Positions 56,007-64,000 of a stretch of DNA of 64,000 nucleotides are shown one piece after another. The position numbers and the translations under genes were made by a program. A model generated the notes under the pieces. It was not told where the DNA came from and did not search any database. It was given only the letters and a program-made list of their open reading frames with translations. Source of the stretch: Burkholderiaceae bacterium DAT-1 (GTDB lineage: Bacteria; Pseudomonadota; Gammaproteobacteria; Burkholderiales; Chitinimonadaceae); assembly GCA_019084025.1 (NCBI GenBank), contig JAHRBI010000001.1, positions 520,663 through 584,662 of the forward strand, given 5' to 3'. Each line of letters opens with the position of its first letter. Position 1 is the first letter of the stretch.

Positions 56007-57047
56007 TCAGTCCTGCAATCGCCACGCCACCGTCTCGCCTGCACGCAGCGGCACCAGCGTGTCGCCCCCCACATACGGCAGTTCCGCAGGCATGGTCACG
56101 GCATCGCGTACCAGCGTGATGGTGTCGGGATTTGCCGGCAGGCCATAGAACAAGGGACCAAAGCGGCTGGCAAAACCTTCCAGCTTGTCCAGTGCGCCAG
56201 CCTGATCAAAGGCTTCAGCGTACAGCTCGATACCGGCGCACGCCGTGTACATGCCAGCACAACCACAGGCCGCTTCCTTGGTCGATTTGCCGTGCGGGGC
56301 GCTATCGGTTCCCAGGAAGAACTTCGGACTACCGCTGGTCGCCACTTCCACCAGCGCTTCGCGGTGTGATTCACGCTTGAGTACAGGCAGGCAGTAGTGA
56401 TGCGGACGAATCCCGCCGGTAAACAAGGCATTGCGGTTCATCAACAGATGATGGGCGGTGATGGTCGCGGCCACATTGTCCCCCGCACTCCACACAAAAC
56501 GCGCCGCCTGCGCGGTGGTGATGTGTTCGAACACCACTTTCAGATTCGGCAGCTTCTCGAGCAGCGGCTTCATCACCCGGTCGATAAACACTGCTTCGCG
56601 ATCAAATACGTCGATGCTGGCATCCGTGACTTCACCATGCACCAGCAGTGGCACGCCCAGATCGGCCATGGCCTTCAGGGTCGGCAACACCTTGTTGACA
56701 TCGGTCACACCGGCGTCAGAGTTGGTGGTGGCACCAGCGGGATACAGCTTCAATGCTTTCACAAAACCACTGGCTTTCACCTTGGCGATTTCTTCAGGTG
56801 GCGTGACGTCGGTGAGGTACAGCGTCATCAGCGGCTCAAAGGTCGTACCGGCAGGCAAGGCTGCCAGAATACGGTCGCGATAGGCGGCAGCCTCTTCCAC
56901 CGTACGGACGGGCGGCTTCAGATTAGGCATCACAATGGCACGACCAAAGCGGCGGGCGGTATCCGGCAATACAGCCTTGAGTGCATCGCCATCGCGCAGG
57001 TGAAGATGCCAATCATCCGGACGAATCAGGGTAAGCGTGTTCGACAT
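56007..57047 (-). CDS. pyrC: dihydroorotase (homodimeric type)
   Basis: [10 protein letters not shown] metal-binding motif as in E. coli PyrC. The start is the Met at 57047; the 396-aa ORF listed over-extends. Confidence 0.85.
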   Translation of the reverse strand: MSNTLTLIRPDDWHLHLRDGDALKAVLPDTARRFGRAIVMPNLKPPVRTVEEAAAYRDRILAALPAGTTFEPLMTLYLTDVTPPEEIAKVKASGFVKALKLYPAGATTNSDAGVTDVNKVLPTLKAMADLGVPLLVHGEVTDASIDVFDREAVFIDRVMKPLLEKLPNLKVVFEHITTAQAARFVWSAGDNVAATITAHHLLMNRNALFTGGIRPHHYCLPVLKRESHREALVEVATSGSPKFFLGTDSAPHGKSTKEAACGCAGMYTACAGIELYAEAFDQAGALDKLEGFASRFGPLFYGLPANPDTITLVRDAVTMPAELPYVGGDTLVPLRAGETVAWRLQD

Positions 57048-57108
57048 GGTGAATCCTGTTGCTGCACCTGTTCGTGCAGGCGCAAAGTTCGGAGAAAAAC
57101 AGTAAGGC

Positions 57109-57357
57109 TCAGCGGCGCTGAATCCAGAACAAGAATTGCGACTCGGTGCGCTCGTGCTTGAGCAGCGCATGGCCTGTCTGCCGACAGAAGGCTTCAAAGT
57201 CGCTAGGCGTGCCGGGATCGGTGCAGATCAGCTTGATCACCGTCCCGCTCGGCAAGTCTGCCAGCGCCTTTTTTGCGCGCAGAATGGGCAGCGGACAGTT
57301 CAGACCGCTCAGATCGGAGGTTAGCTGGGCTTCCGGAGCAATATCGGGCGATGTCAT
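57109..57357 (-). CDS. TusA-family sulfurtransferase
   Basis: 82 aa with [13 protein letters not shown] (the CPxP motif). Confidence 0.7.
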   Translation of the reverse strand: MTSPDIAPEAQLTSDLSGLNCPLPILRAKKALADLPSGTVIKLICTDPGTPSDFEAFCRQTGHALLKHERTESQFLFWIQRR

Positions 57358-57387
57358 GGCAAGGCTCGGTTAAATGCAAACGCGCCA

Positions 57388-57987
57388 TTATACGCTGTGA
57401 AGGTGTCTGACCTGTCGAATTGCAATCGCAATGACCGTAGTGCCTGCGCGCAGGCATATCTCGCCGCTTGCCGAATCAGCCACAAGCAAATCGCCGGAAA
57501 CCGCTTGCCTATCCGGCGTATCGATCTTTCCTGTGACAACGTAATACAGTTGCCGCATATCCTGCCGCATCAGCACAGTCAGATCGGTAGCGGGATGCAG
57601 CACGTCCAGTTCGGCATCAAACTCGCCCCGACGCACCATCAGATTGAAATCACGCAGCGGCCCATTCAGCAAGGTGGATTCAATCGCTGTTTCGCCCGGA
57701 AAGCGCACCGGATGCAGCGGCTTATCGAGCAGCATGGCACTCCCATCTGCGCAATCCAGTCGCATACCCGCGCCATCCAGTACCAGCAGTGTCCGGTCTA
57801 TCCCCGGAAACAGAGAAAACGGCCCGCTGGTGGCCACGCTGGCAATCGATAGCCTGATCAGAAATCCATCTGCAGATTCAGGGTCTGGGAGGCGCCACAA
57901 TTCGGTGGTGACGCCACCGCCATTTTTCCACGGCATCTGACGATACGATTCCGGCCCCAGCTTGATCACACTCACAGACATCTCCAC
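57388..57987 (-). CDS. HutD/Ves-family cupin protein
   Basis: PWKNGGGVTTEL hallmark near the N-terminus. Confidence 0.7.
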   Translation of the reverse strand: MEMSVSVIKLGPESYRQMPWKNGGGVTTELWRLPDPESADGFLIRLSIASVATSGPFSLFPGIDRTLLVLDGAGMRLDCADGSAMLLDKPLHPVRFPGETAIESTLLNGPLRDFNLMVRRGEFDAELDVLHPATDLTVLMRQDMRQLYYVVTGKIDTPDRQAVSGDLLVADSASGEICLRAGTTVIAIAIRQVRHLHSV

Positions 57988-58008
57988 GCAAAGGTAGCCG
58001 CAAGTGTA

Positions 58009-58941
58009 TCAGCCATCGGTATTGATGCGTTTAACCAGCTCTTGCAACACCGCGCCTGCACGATCATTCCCCACCTGACAGGTCCCGGCGGCTTCATGCC
58101 CGCCACCGCCATAATCCAGCATCAGACGGCCGACATCCGTTTTACTGGAGCGATCCAGAATCGATTTACCGGTGGCAAATACCGTATTCTGCTTTTCACG
58201 CCCCCACATCACATGAATGGAGATATTGGTTTCGGGGAACAGCGCATAGATCATGAAGCGATTGGTGGCCCAGATGGTTTCTTCCTCACGCAGATCGAGT
58301 ACGGCCAGATTCTTGTAGACTCTGGTACAACGCTGAATCTGCTCGACCGCCTTGGGTTCATGATCGAAATACAGCTCGACCCGCTCGCGAACATCCGGCA
58401 GCGTCAGAATGTCCTCAATGCCATGATTGGCGCAGTAGCTGATCAGATCCATCATCAGCTGGTAGTTGCTGACGCGGAAATCGCGGAAGCGACCCAGTCC
58501 AGTGCGGGCATCCATCAGGTAGTTCAGCAGCACCCAGCCTTCCGGCCGCAGGATTTCGTCGGCATTAAAATCAGCGGAATCGGCCTTGTCCACCGCCTCC
58601 ATCATATCGTCCGACACATTGCGGAACGCTTTGCGTCCGCCGTAATACTCGTAGACGACACGCGCAGCCGATGGCGCATTGGCAATGATAATGTGATTGT
58701 CACGCTGCCCTTTATTGCGCACCGTTTCCGAATGGTGGTGGTCGAAAGCAAGGTGAATGCCTTCTGCATAGGGCAGATTGGTGCTGATATCACGATCCGT
58801 CACCGGCACCTTGCCATCCTGCATGTCCTTCGGATGCACAAACAGGATGTCATCAATAAGATCCAGCTCGCGTAAAAGTACGGCACAGACCAGGCCGTCG
58901 AAATCGCTGCGGGTGATGAGGCGGAACTTCTGTTTGGACAT
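58009..58941 (-). CDS. DHH-family phosphoesterase (NrnA/exopolyphosphatase-related)
   Basis: DHH motif (LAFDHHH) and an N-terminal Asp-rich metal site (RSDFDGL). Confidence 0.6.
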   Translation of the reverse strand: MSKQKFRLITRSDFDGLVCAVLLRELDLIDDILFVHPKDMQDGKVPVTDRDISTNLPYAEGIHLAFDHHHSETVRNKGQRDNHIIIANAPSAARVVYEYYGGRKAFRNVSDDMMEAVDKADSADFNADEILRPEGWVLLNYLMDARTGLGRFRDFRVSNYQLMMDLISYCANHGIEDILTLPDVRERVELYFDHEPKAVEQIQRCTRVYKNLAVLDLREEETIWATNRFMIYALFPETNISIHVMWGREKQNTVFATGKSILDRSSKTDVGRLMLDYGGGGHEAAGTCQVGNDRAGAVLQELVKRINTDG

Positions 58942-59369
58942 GGCGCACTCCTGAAAGTCGGGCCGGACACACGACCCGATACCTAATAGTCAGTTTCGTA
59001 TCCAGTACGGATTTTTGCCAGTTCTGGCGATGCCACCCGCCACACGGTCATGTCGTGAGCGTTCAGACCAGGACAGGCGGGTCTCCCGACAGCGATCATC
59101 CAATCCGGTAGCTTGCGCAGCCCCAGAACTCACCGATGACGCCCCCACTCAGGGATGCTCGCAGCATATATCGATCATATTACCGCTCTACACGCATTAA
59201 ATATTCGACCCAATGCATGCCAGGCAACTCGACAAGTACCTGATTTTTATTAAATTTTCACTTTTACGCTCATCGACTGACCGCTTGTAAGGCCTGCCCA
59301 ATCGGGTCGTTTTCGCTTACAATGTCGCCCTTTGTCATTAGTTTTCAGTCACTTGCCATGTCATCTGTG

Positions 59370-61286
59370 ATGCACTACCCGGATACCTTCGATGTGATCG
59401 TGATCGGTGGCGGCCATGCAGGCACCGAAGCCGCGCTCGCCAGCGCCCGCATGGGCGTTAAAACCCTGCTGCTCACCCACAATATCGAGACGCTGGGGCA
59501 GATGTCCTGCAATCCTTCGATTGGCGGCATCGGCAAGGGACATCTGGTCAAAGAAGTGGATGCACTCGGTGGCGCCATGGCGCTGGCGACGGATATGAGC
59601 GGCATTCAATTCCGCATCCTCAATGCCAGCAAAGGCCCGGCGGTTCGCGCCACTCGCGCACAGGCCGATCGCGTGCTCTACAAAGCTGCGATTCGCCACA
59701 TGCTGGAAAATCAGCCTAACCTGACGCTCTTCCAGCAGGCTGTCGACGACATTCTGGTTGAAGGCGACCGCGTGACGGGCGTCGTGACACAGATCGGCAT
59801 TCGCTTCTCCGCACGCGCAGTCGTACTGACTGCAGGCACGTTTCTGGGCGGCAAGATTCACGTTGGCCTTGAAAATCATATTGGTGGTCGCGCGGGTGAT
59901 CCTGCGTCTATTACGCTGTCGCAGCGTCTGCGTGAACTGCAATTGCCAGTTGGTCGTCTGAAAACCGGCACCCCACCGCGCATTGACGGTCGCAGCATCG
60001 ACTTTAGCGTGATGACCGAGCAGCCTGGCGACGATCCGGTGCCGGTTTTCTCGGTTCGCGGCAATCGCGCCATGCATCCGCGCCAGCTGCCCTGCTGGAT
60101 CACGCATACCAATGCACGTACGCACGAGATCGCCCGATCAGGCTTCGATCGCTCGCCCATGTTTACCGGCGTGATCGAAGGTGTGGGTCCGCGTTACTGT
60201 CCGTCCATCGAAGACAAGATCAATCGCTTTGCCGATAAAGATTCACACCAGATCTTCCTCGAACCGGAAGGCCTGGATACGCACGAGTATTACCCCAACG
60301 GCATCTCCACCTCCCTGCCCTTCGACATCCAGCTGCAACTGGTGCGCTCGATTCCGGGCCTGGAGCACGCGCATATCCTGCGTCCCGGCTATGCCATCGA
60401 ATACGATTACTTTGATCCGCGCGCGCTCAAGGCCACGTTTGAATCCAAAGCGATCAACGGTCTGTTCTTTGCTGGCCAGATCAATGGCACGACAGGTTAT
60501 GAAGAAGCCGCCGCTCAAGGGCTGTTTGCCGGTCTGAATGCTGCACTGCAGGTGCAAGATAAGGATGGCTGGACACCCGGTCGCGAGCAGGCTTATCTCG
60601 GCGTGCTGATCGACGATCTGATTACGCGCGGCGTGTCCGAACCCTACCGCATGTTTACCAGCCGCGCCGAATTCCGCCTGCAATTGCGCGAGGACAACGC
60701 GGACCTGCGCCTCACCGAAACCGGCCGTGCACTTGGATTGGTGAGCGATGCGCAGTGGGATGCCTTCAGCCGCAAGCGCGACAGCATTGCGACTGAATAC
60801 GAACGCCTGAAATCAACCTGGATCAATCCACGCCTGATCGAAGCAGCCGACGCCCAGCGCGTACTAGGCCAGAGCATCGAACGCGAGTACACACTCGAGC
60901 AGTTGTTGCGTCGCCCCAACGTCACTTATGCGCAACTGATGACCCTGCCCGTCGCCGGAACTGGCGTCGAAGACCCACAGGTAGCCGAACAGGTCGAAAT
61001 CCAGGTCAAATATGCAGGGTATGTCGAGCGACAAAAAGACGAAGTGGCGCGACGCGCAGACGTCGAAGATGTCAAACTACCTGCAGATTTCGACTTCAGC
61101 GGAATTTCTGGTTTATCCCGCGAAGTACAGCAGCGCCTCAAGCAACACCAACCGGAAACCCTCGGGCAGGCTTCGCGCATTCAAGGCGTCACGCCTGCTG
61201 CCATTGGTATTCTACTGGTGCATCTGAAGCGCGCAGCCAGTCTCAGTAAACAGTCCAAGCAGGATGAATCCAGCGACGCAGCCTGA
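59370..61286 (+). CDS. mnmG: tRNA uridine 5-carboxymethylaminomethyl modification enzyme MnmG (GidA)
   Basis: FAD-binding [15 protein letters not shown]. The start is at MHYPDTFDV, matching the E. coli MFYPDPFDV. An alternative Met lies at 59358. Confidence 0.95.
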   Translation: MHYPDTFDVIVIGGGHAGTEAALASARMGVKTLLLTHNIETLGQMSCNPSIGGIGKGHLVKEVDALGGAMALATDMSGIQFRILNASKGPAVRATRAQADRVLYKAAIRHMLENQPNLTLFQQAVDDILVEGDRVTGVVTQIGIRFSARAVVLTAGTFLGGKIHVGLENHIGGRAGDPASITLSQRLRELQLPVGRLKTGTPPRIDGRSIDFSVMTEQPGDDPVPVFSVRGNRAMHPRQLPCWITHTNARTHEIARSGFDRSPMFTGVIEGVGPRYCPSIEDKINRFADKDSHQIFLEPEGLDTHEYYPNGISTSLPFDIQLQLVRSIPGLEHAHILRPGYAIEYDYFDPRALKATFESKAINGLFFAGQINGTTGYEEAAAQGLFAGLNAALQVQDKDGWTPGREQAYLGVLIDDLITRGVSEPYRMFTSRAEFRLQLREDNADLRLTETGRALGLVSDAQWDAFSRKRDSIATEYERLKSTWINPRLIEAADAQRVLGQSIEREYTLEQLLRRPNVTYAQLMTLPVAGTGVEDPQVAEQVEIQVKYAGYVERQKDEVARRADVEDVKLPADFDFSGISGLSREVQQRLKQHQPETLGQASRIQGVTPAAIGILLVHLKRAASLSKQSKQDESSDAA

Positions 61287-61298
61287 TCCGGAACACGC

Positions 61299-61943
61299 AT
61301 GACAATATATACACAGCAATTAAACGAGGGACTGACCAAGCTGGGTCTGACACTGGAAACCGAAGTCAGCGAGAAGCTGCTCGACTATCTGGAACTCCTG
61401 AGCAAGTGGAATCGCGTCTACAGCCTCACAGCTATTACCGAACCATCACGCATGGTGTCGCATCACCTGCTCGACAGCATGGCTGCACTTCCGCCAATTA
61501 CCGGCATCATGCCGGAAGGCGGGCGTTTGCTGGATGTAGGATCGGGTGGCGGACAACCGGGTATTCCCTTCGCGATTGCACGACCTGACTGGCAGATCAC
61601 CCTACTCGATAGCAATCACAAGAAGACGACTTTCCTACGTCAGGCAGTGATCGAACTCGGACTGAAAAATGTCAGCGTAATCTGCGACCGCGTTGAAGCA
61701 GTCCCTGCGGAGCACCCTTTTGATGTCATCACCTCGCGCGCTTTTGCCGATCTGGGCGACTTTGTCCGCCTGACGCGACATTTGCTGACCAAAGGCGGAC
61801 AATGGGCTGCACTCAAAGGCGTGCGCCCCTACGAAGAAATGGCTGCATTGCCATCAGATATTCACACCCGCGTGGTCGAATCACTAGACGTACCCGGCCT
61901 CGCAGCTGAACGCTGCGTGGTGTTCATGGAGCCAAGCGAATGA
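61299..61943 (+). CDS. rsmG: 16S rRNA (guanine527-N7)-methyltransferase RsmG (GidB)
   Basis: SAM-binding LDVGSGGGQPGIP. Lies between mnmG and parA. Confidence 0.9.
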   Translation: MTIYTQQLNEGLTKLGLTLETEVSEKLLDYLELLSKWNRVYSLTAITEPSRMVSHHLLDSMAALPPITGIMPEGGRLLDVGSGGGQPGIPFAIARPDWQITLLDSNHKKTTFLRQAVIELGLKNVSVICDRVEAVPAEHPFDVITSRAFADLGDFVRLTRHLLTKGGQWAALKGVRPYEEMAALPSDIHTRVVESLDVPGLAAERCVVFMEPSE

Positions 61944-62728
61944 CATGCACCATCGCCATTACCAACCAGAAGGGCGGCGTCGGCAAAACCACGACCGCGG
62001 TTAATCTGGCGGCAGGCCTCGCACAAGCAGGCAAACGGGTTCTATTGATCGACCTCGATCCGCAAGGCAATGCCACCATGGCCAGCGGCGTCGACAAGAT
62101 GCGCCTGCTTCGTCATGCCTATCACCTCTTACTGGGTCATGCCACTTTTGACGAAGTTGTACAACATACCGAGTTTGGTATGGACATTCTGCCGACCAAC
62201 CGTGAATTAGGTGGAGCCGAAGTCGAACTGGCAGACATGGAACACCGTGAAGTCAGGCTGCGACTGGCGCTTGAGGGTATTGCAGCGCGATATGATTTCA
62301 TCCTGATCGACTGCCCACCCGCCCTGAACATGCTGACAGTCAATGGCCTGTGTGCGGCTAACGGCGTTATTATTCCCATGCAATGTGAATACTATGCACT
62401 GGAAGGCCTGTCCGATCTGGTCAATACCCTGCGACGCATCCGCCAGACATTGAATCCCCGCATCGAGATTTTTGGCCTCGTGCGCACCATGTTTGACTCA
62501 CGCTCCACACTCGCGCAACAAGTGGCGGAACAATTAGCCAGCCACTTCGGCGACAAGGTCTTCCGCACGGTGATTCCTCGCAACATCCGGCTGGCCGAGG
62601 CCCCCAGTTACGGCAGGCCTATTTTTGCCTATGACCGCAGCTCACGCGGCGCTCAGGCCTATACCGAACTGGCGCAGGAATGCTTGGAACGACTCGACAG
62701 CCCCCATCACGAAATGGCGCCTGCCTAA
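61940..62728 (+). CDS. parA: chromosome partitioning ATPase ParA/Soj
   Basis: Deviant Walker A box (NQKGGVGKTT). Confidence 0.9.
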   Translation: MTCTIAITNQKGGVGKTTTAVNLAAGLAQAGKRVLLIDLDPQGNATMASGVDKMRLLRHAYHLLLGHATFDEVVQHTEFGMDILPTNRELGGAEVELADMEHREVRLRLALEGIAARYDFILIDCPPALNMLTVNGLCAANGVIIPMQCEYYALEGLSDLVNTLRRIRQTLNPRIEIFGLVRTMFDSRSTLAQQVAEQLASHFGDKVFRTVIPRNIRLAEAPSYGRPIFAYDRSSRGAQAYTELAQECLERLDSPHHEMAPA

Positions 62729-62757
62729 GGCAGGGCCTGGAAACACACCGGAATATC

Positions 62758-63609
62758 ATGGCAAAACTCAAAGGACTCGGTCGCGGTCTCGATGCATTGC
62801 TCGGCAATACAGCATCCTCGGAAGAACGACTTGAAAGCCTGCCCGTCCACTTTTTGCAGCCTGGCCGCTACCAGCCGCGCACCCATATGGATGAACAGGC
62901 GCTCGAAGAACTGGCAAATTCAATCCGAAGCCAGGGCGTCATTCAGCCTATTCTTGTCCGCGAAGTTGGCATCGACAAGTACGAGATCATTGCAGGCGAA
63001 CGCCGCTGGCGCGCCTCGCAAAAGGCTGGTCTGACCGATATTCCGGCCGTCGTCCGCTCCGTGCCAGACGAAGCCGCCATTGCCATGGCGCTGATCGAAA
63101 ATATCCAGCGCGAAGATCTCAACCCGATTGAAGAAGCGGTTGGCCTCAAGCGCCTGATCGACGAGTTCGGCATGACGCACGAAGGCTGCGCCCAAGCAGT
63201 TGGCCGCTCGCGTTCTACCATTACCAATCTCTTGCGCCTGCTGGATCTAGCCGAGCCTGTCCGCCTGCAGCTGATGAATGGGGCGCTTGACATGGGGCAC
63301 GCGCGTGCATTGCTCTCTCTGCCTGTGCTGCAGCAGATCGAAATGGCCATCAATATCACCGAGCATGGATGGTCGGTGCGTGAAACCGAGCGTCAGGTGC
63401 AAAAGCTGCAGGAGCAAAAGCTGCCCGTCGCCAAGGCAGAGCGCAAAGTTGATCCTGACCTAGTCAGACTAGAGAGCAACCTTTCCGATCGGCTGGGCAC
63501 CAAGGTATCCATTCAGTCATCCAAGAAGGGAAGCGGAAAGATGGTGATCGAGTACGCATCACTTGATCATCTGGACAGCCTACTCGCCATCCTGCAGACC
63601 GAAGACTAA
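62758..63609 (+). CDS. parB: chromosome partitioning protein ParB/Spo0J
   Basis: The start is at MAKLKGLGRGLDALLG. ParB box GERRWRA and an HTH. The listed ORF starts earlier, at 62680. Confidence 0.9.
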   Translation: MAKLKGLGRGLDALLGNTASSEERLESLPVHFLQPGRYQPRTHMDEQALEELANSIRSQGVIQPILVREVGIDKYEIIAGERRWRASQKAGLTDIPAVVRSVPDEAAIAMALIENIQREDLNPIEEAVGLKRLIDEFGMTHEGCAQAVGRSRSTITNLLRLLDLAEPVRLQLMNGALDMGHARALLSLPVLQQIEMAINITEHGWSVRETERQVQKLQEQKLPVAKAERKVDPDLVRLESNLSDRLGTKVSIQSSKKGSGKMVIEYASLDHLDSLLAILQTED

Positions 63610-63696
63610 ATCTGCAACACCTTTTTAGTTTGGCGCAACAGATTTTTTCCTCGAAAAAACAGTGGATTACACCCTTATTTCAGGAGTGTAACTTGA

Positions 63697-64000
63697 CCTA
63701 TGACGTTACAAAACGCTAATATCCCGAGGCTTGGCTTGGGCGAGCCATTTAATGCTCGCCTCCAGCACCTGATTAAAGGGGTTGTGATTACGATGTCAGG
63801 GCTTACCGCCCTTGTTTCCGTGATTGCCCTAATTACCTCAGGTACGTCGGCGATGTTCGCTGCTCTCTGGGGCGGCTTGAGCCAGATCGCTGCCGTTCTG
63901 GCCTATGCCCGGGTAGGTCGCATTACGCATATCACTGGTTCGCAAGCCATGCTGTCCAAACAGCTGGTTGCCGAGCTGGTCAAGGTTATCGTCTCGCTTC
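63697..64000 (+). CDS. atpI: probable ATP synthase protein I (AtpI), 5' part; gene runs off the window
   Basis: ORF MTLQNANIPRLGLGEPFNARLQHLIKGVVITMSGLTALV... with hydrophobic helices. The position after parB matches the beta/gammaproteobacterial parB-atpI-atpB order. Confidence 0.45.

Overview
This looks like a high-GC (about 60%) betaproteobacterial chromosome segment, with gene content suggesting Neisseriales/Chromobacteriaceae. Core housekeeping strings are interrupted by several low-GC accessory islets.

The core genes in the first 9.6 kb are a LysR regulator, a DUF2798 membrane protein, an AhpD-like CMD protein, ubiK, and rng, then holA-lptE-leuS with a vapBC toxin-antitoxin pair inserted between rng and holA, followed by a DctA/GltP-type symporter.

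From 9.6 to 12.3 kb there is an AT-rich islet with two divergent orphan genes and a RES-Xre toxin-antitoxin pair.

From 12.3 to 19.3 kb there is a tripartite RND efflux operon (MFP-RND-OMF) with a divergent AraC regulator.

From 19.4 to 27.8 kb an OmpR-type two-component system sits next to a carbohydrate porin and a sugar ABC transporter, an arrangement like the Pseudomonas GltR/GtrS glucose uptake locus.

From 27.9 to 38.9 kb the content is mixed: a serine hydrolase; an ECF sigma/anti-sigma module; a membrane-anchored SPFH/flotillin-like protein with five tandem N-terminal repeat modules; the Blc lipocalin; a DUF2975+HTH pair; secreted hydrolases; and a low-GC islet (HxlR, YciI-like, CbrC) directly downstream of glmS.

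After glmS comes a pilG-pilH-pilI-pilJ-chpA type IV pilus chemosensory cluster. ChpA is 2028 aa and carries two perfect (GCTTCG)n hexamer tracts. There is no pilK/chpB.

The window ends with engB, cytochrome c4, resB-ccsA, pyrC, tusA, hutD, a DHH phosphoesterase and the origin-proximal string mnmG-rsmG-parA-parB-atpI.

No rRNA, tRNA, CRISPR array or transposase was found.

The most unusual item is the multi-repeat SPFH protein, whose architecture resembles that of the eukaryotic major vault protein. The orphan gene pair in the 9.6-11.2 kb islet is the second candidate.
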